Assembly (NCBI GenBank): GCA_019358935.1
Contig: JAHHIK010000181.1
Coordinates: 1-10,425, forward strand
From: Tolypothrix carrinoi HA7290-LM1
GTDB lineage: Bacteria > Cyanobacteriota > Cyanobacteriia > Cyanobacteriales > Nostocaceae
Direction of reading: 5' to 3'
Length of the DNA stretch: 10,425 bases
The notes under the pieces were generated by a model, which saw only the letters and a list, made by a program, of their open reading frames with translations, did no database searches and was not told where the DNA came from. The position numbers and the translations under genes were made by a program. This document shows, piece after piece, positions 7,531 through 10,425 of this stretch; position 1 is the stretch's first letter, and each line of letters begins with the position of its first letter.

Positions 7531-9668
7531 ATGCAATTACTTAAGCAATTAAGTATAAAAACAAAACTTATAGTCATGTTGCTGGTAGTCAGCCTTTGCG
7601 CTATGCTTGCCAGCACCTTTACATGCTCTACTGCTGGTAGGTCTCTTCTGACGGAAAAGGTCTTCAATCAATTAACCAGCCTTCGGGCTGCCAAAACTTA
7701 TCAAATCGAAGATTATTTTCAAAACCTTTACATCCATAGCCAGACTTTAAGCGAAGACCTGACAGTCGTCGCTGCCATGCAGGAGCTTACCGCGAACTGG
7801 AAAAATCAACAGTACCAGCGGATTTTGACAAAAAAATTGATACCTACTACCAAACACAATTTCTCCCCAAACTGGCGCGAACTAGCGAGGGTTCACCCGT
7901 TCTCGCATCTTACACGCCAAAAACAACTGCTGCCCGTTACCTACAATACTACTACACCGTCGCTAACCCCAACCCCGTTGGTAAGAAACTTCTCCTTGAC
8001 GACCCAGGCGATCGCAGTTCCTACAGCCGCGTTCACGCCCGCTACCAGCCGATTTTTCGCAATATAGTGCAGAAATACGGTTACTATGATATGTTTTTAA
8101 TCGATCCCGCAGGAACCGTTGTCTACACGGTTTTTAAAGAAACCGATTTTACCACAAACTTGATCAACGGTCCCTACAAAGAGAGTAACTTAGCAGAAGC
8201 GATCGCTGCCGCACGACAAGCAAACGGAAAGGGTTATGTGAAAATAGTAGATTTTCAGCCCTACAACCCTTCTGGGAGTGCGCCTGCGGCTTTTATCGCT
8301 GCCCCAATCTTTAACGGCTCCCAATTCATTGGTATTTTGGCGTTCCAGCTTCCGGTTGACAAAATTAACAATGTGATGACTGGCAACAAACATTGGAAAG
8401 AAAATGGTCTGGGCGATTCAGGAGAAACTTATCTGGTGGGACCGGATTATCTAATGCGCTCTGCGTCTCGTTTCCAGATTGAAGACCCGAAAGGTCATGC
8501 AAAAACCCTACGCTCTATCGGCACTGATGAAAAGACCATCAACAAAATCACAGAGTTCAATACTACAATCCTCCTACAGTCAGTACAAACAAAAGCAGTA
8601 AAGGAAGCGTTGTTTGGCAAACAGGGTACGCAGGTTATCAACGATTATCGTAATATTCCGGTTTTGAGTTCTTATGCTCCACTAAATATTAATGGCTTGA
8701 GGTGGGTTATCTTGGCGGAAATAGATGTTTCTGAGGCTTATGCCCCAATTCACTCGTTTGAAAAAACAGTTTTGATTGGGGCTACTTTAGTCATCGCCCT
8801 AATCACGCTTGTTGCCATGTGGCTGACCGCAATGTTTGTCAAACCGATCAATACTTTAATCAAAAGCGCTCGCAAGGTGGGAGCCGGGGAATTTGATGCG
8901 GTTGTGAAATCGGGTTCGCAAGATGAATTTGGAGAGTTGGCTAAATCATTTAACCAAACAATAGACAGCCTTCGTGCCGAAACTCAACTCATCGATCGCC
9001 AAAATCGCTCTAATGAAGCATTAGTCTTAAGTATATTTAGTCCCGCGATCGCCAAACGCCTTAAAGACGGAGAGAGAGAAATTGCCGATCATATTTCTAA
9101 TGTCTCGGTCTTGTTTTCCCACCTCCACCGATTCACCAGGCTTTCTCAAACGATGTCTGCTCAAGAAGTTGTTGCCCTGCTTAATGAATTAGTAACTAAC
9201 TTCGATGAAATGACAGAAAAATACGGTTTGGAGAAGATTAAAACTATTGGTGACGGTTACATGGCTGTATGCGGGCTGAGTGTGCCGCGTCTGGATCATG
9301 ACAAACGCACGGTAGATTTTGCTTTGGAAATGCAGGCGTTTGTCCGCCGATTTAATTATGAAAAAGGCTTGCATTTAGATGTGGAAATCGGCATCAATTC
9401 CGGAGATGTGGTTGCAGGCGTGATTGGCAAAAATAAATTGCTCTACGACGTTTGGGGGGATACTGTAAATATTGCCAATCGGTTGAAGTCTGCTTGTCCT
9501 GTAGGAGCAATTTTAGTTTCTCAAAATATATGCGATCGCCTGCGCGATATCTACAATTTTGAATTCTTTGGTGAAATTCAAGAACCTGGAAAAGAAAAGC
9601 TAGTGGGTTGGCAACTCAAAAGTTCTCAGCTGACAGTAAGTGTTCGAGAGGAAGAAGTTTATGAGTAA
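7531..9668 (+). pseudogene. Membrane class III adenylate cyclase (TM-Cache-TM-HAMP-cyclase), frameshifted
   Basis: TM1 is in ORF 7531..8067. At 7783-7787 (GAGCT) the sense moves to another frame, which reads AYRELEKS...YLQYYY...VHARYQPIFRNIVQKYGYYDMFLID without stops into ORF 8067..9668. Recognisable motifs are Cache (GLGDSGETYLVG, DYR..PVLSSYAPL), HAMP (DEFGELAKSFN) and cyclase (EKIKTIGDGYM, IGINSG.VVAGVIG, YDVWGDTVNIA.RL). Confidence 0.9.
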
Positions 9669-10298
9669 TTTAAGCTTTTCAAAGGACTGGCATACCTGGG
9701 CACTAATTGTCGGATTAGGGTTCCCACTCCTGGTAGTTTTACTAGGAGAAATTATTTATCATCTAAAAAGGCGCGGTAGACCGATGGCGGCTACCCTGCG
9801 GGTTGTGAAAAACCTCGTTTTGCCCGTGTTAATGCTGATGCTTTTAATCAGGAATGTCCTGAAGCTTGACGTTAACGGGAATTTTCCAAAGCTCGTCCAA
9901 ACGCTGTTTTGGATATCTGTGATCTACGCCTCTCTCTCGCTATTTAATGTGATTTTGTTTGAAGAAGCGGAGGCAAATACATGGCGGGCACGGATGCCCA
10001 AACTGCTGATCGACCTTTCTCGGCTGTTTTTGGTGCTTGTAGGAAGCGCGATCGTGCTGGCGGCGGTGTGGGGTGCAGATTTGGCAGGTCTGGCTACCGG
10101 ATTAGGCGTTAGCTCGATTGTCATCGGTTTGGCGCTTCAGGACACATTGGGTAGCATCATGTCTGGGATTGCGCTGCTTTTGGAACGCCCCTTCAGCGTG
10201 GGTGATTGGTTGCGCGTTGGCAATAGCGAAGACCAGGCGATCGAAGGGCAAGTAATTGATATCAATTGGCGATCTGTTCGCCTGCTAACTCTCCTGCG
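9661..10298 (+). pseudogene. MscS-family channel (likely cNMP-domain/bCNG type), 3'-truncated
   Basis: ATG at 9661 overlaps the cyclase stop (ATGAGTAA). Motifs GLATGLGVSSIVIGLALQDTLG, ERPFSVGDW and EGQVIDINWRSVRL are present. Similarity stops mid beta-domain at ~10298, and read-through ends at TAG 10321-10323. Confidence 0.85.
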
Positions 10299-10425
10299 CC
10301 AGGTTCAAAAGTTACAGGTTTAGCTATAGTGCAAGATAGTGAAGTTGTTTGGGCTGCTAACTTAGAACATCGAGGCAATGAAATTAAGAAGGATTTGAAA
10401 TCTCGTGCTGCTGTCAGAAGGTCGA
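10299..10425 (+). mobile_element. iscB: 5'-truncated IscB (IS200/IS605 OMEGA RNA-guided endonuclease, RRXRR domain) gene fragment, runs off the window
   Basis: The frame starting at 10299 gives PGSKVTGLAIVQDSEVVWAANLEHRGNEIKKDLKSRAAVRRS. This matches the IscB RuvC-I and bridge-helix pattern (D)PGSK.TG.A.V....V.W...L.HRG..IK..L..R...RR.R. It is absent from the ORF track because it has no start codon. Confidence 0.85.

Larger units (their letters stand above)
2246..9539. other. HIP1 octamers (GCGATCGC), cyanobacterial signature
   Basis: Perfect copies start at 2246, 4512, 6332, 8008, 8199, 9045 and 9532, plus several one-mismatch copies. Confidence 0.85.

Noticed and set aside
7783..7790. Programmed ribosomal frameshifts in the cyclase, LysR or MscS genes
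   Set aside because: No slippery heptamers are present. Residues appear to be missing at the cyclase site, and MscS also carries a nonsense codon.
287..10124. Remaining short alternate-frame or antisense ORFs (287, 1057, 1484, 2479, 2519, 2801, 4005, 4986, 5298, 5821, 6478, 6937, 8190, 9189, 9924)
   Set aside because: They overlap well-supported genes and show no recognisable motifs.

Overview
Heterocystous-cyanobacterium-like (Nostocales) DNA, judged from 7 perfect HIP1 octamers, STRR-type tandem repeats and GTAG-type REP palindromes. After an ordinary diheme cytochrome c gene, the window is a decaying accessory island themed on ion, inorganic-carbon and second-messenger handling. Two island genes look intact. 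One is an unusual 669-aa fusion of a dPGM-like histidine phosphatase, a ~10-TM BASS/Acr3-like transporter and two EF-hands (2488-4497). The other is a Tat-exported alpha-carbonic anhydrase (4958-5731). The rest is broken: a frameshifted LysR regulator, an APC-permease remnant, a frameshifted MscS channel with an internal stop, a half bestrophin, a frameshifted Cache-HAMP-adenylate cyclase and a truncated MscS (probably bCNG-type) channel. That last gene is joined directly to an internal fragment of an IscB (OMEGA) nuclease gene that the ORF track misses and that runs off the window. All family calls come from motif recognition by eye; no database search was run.
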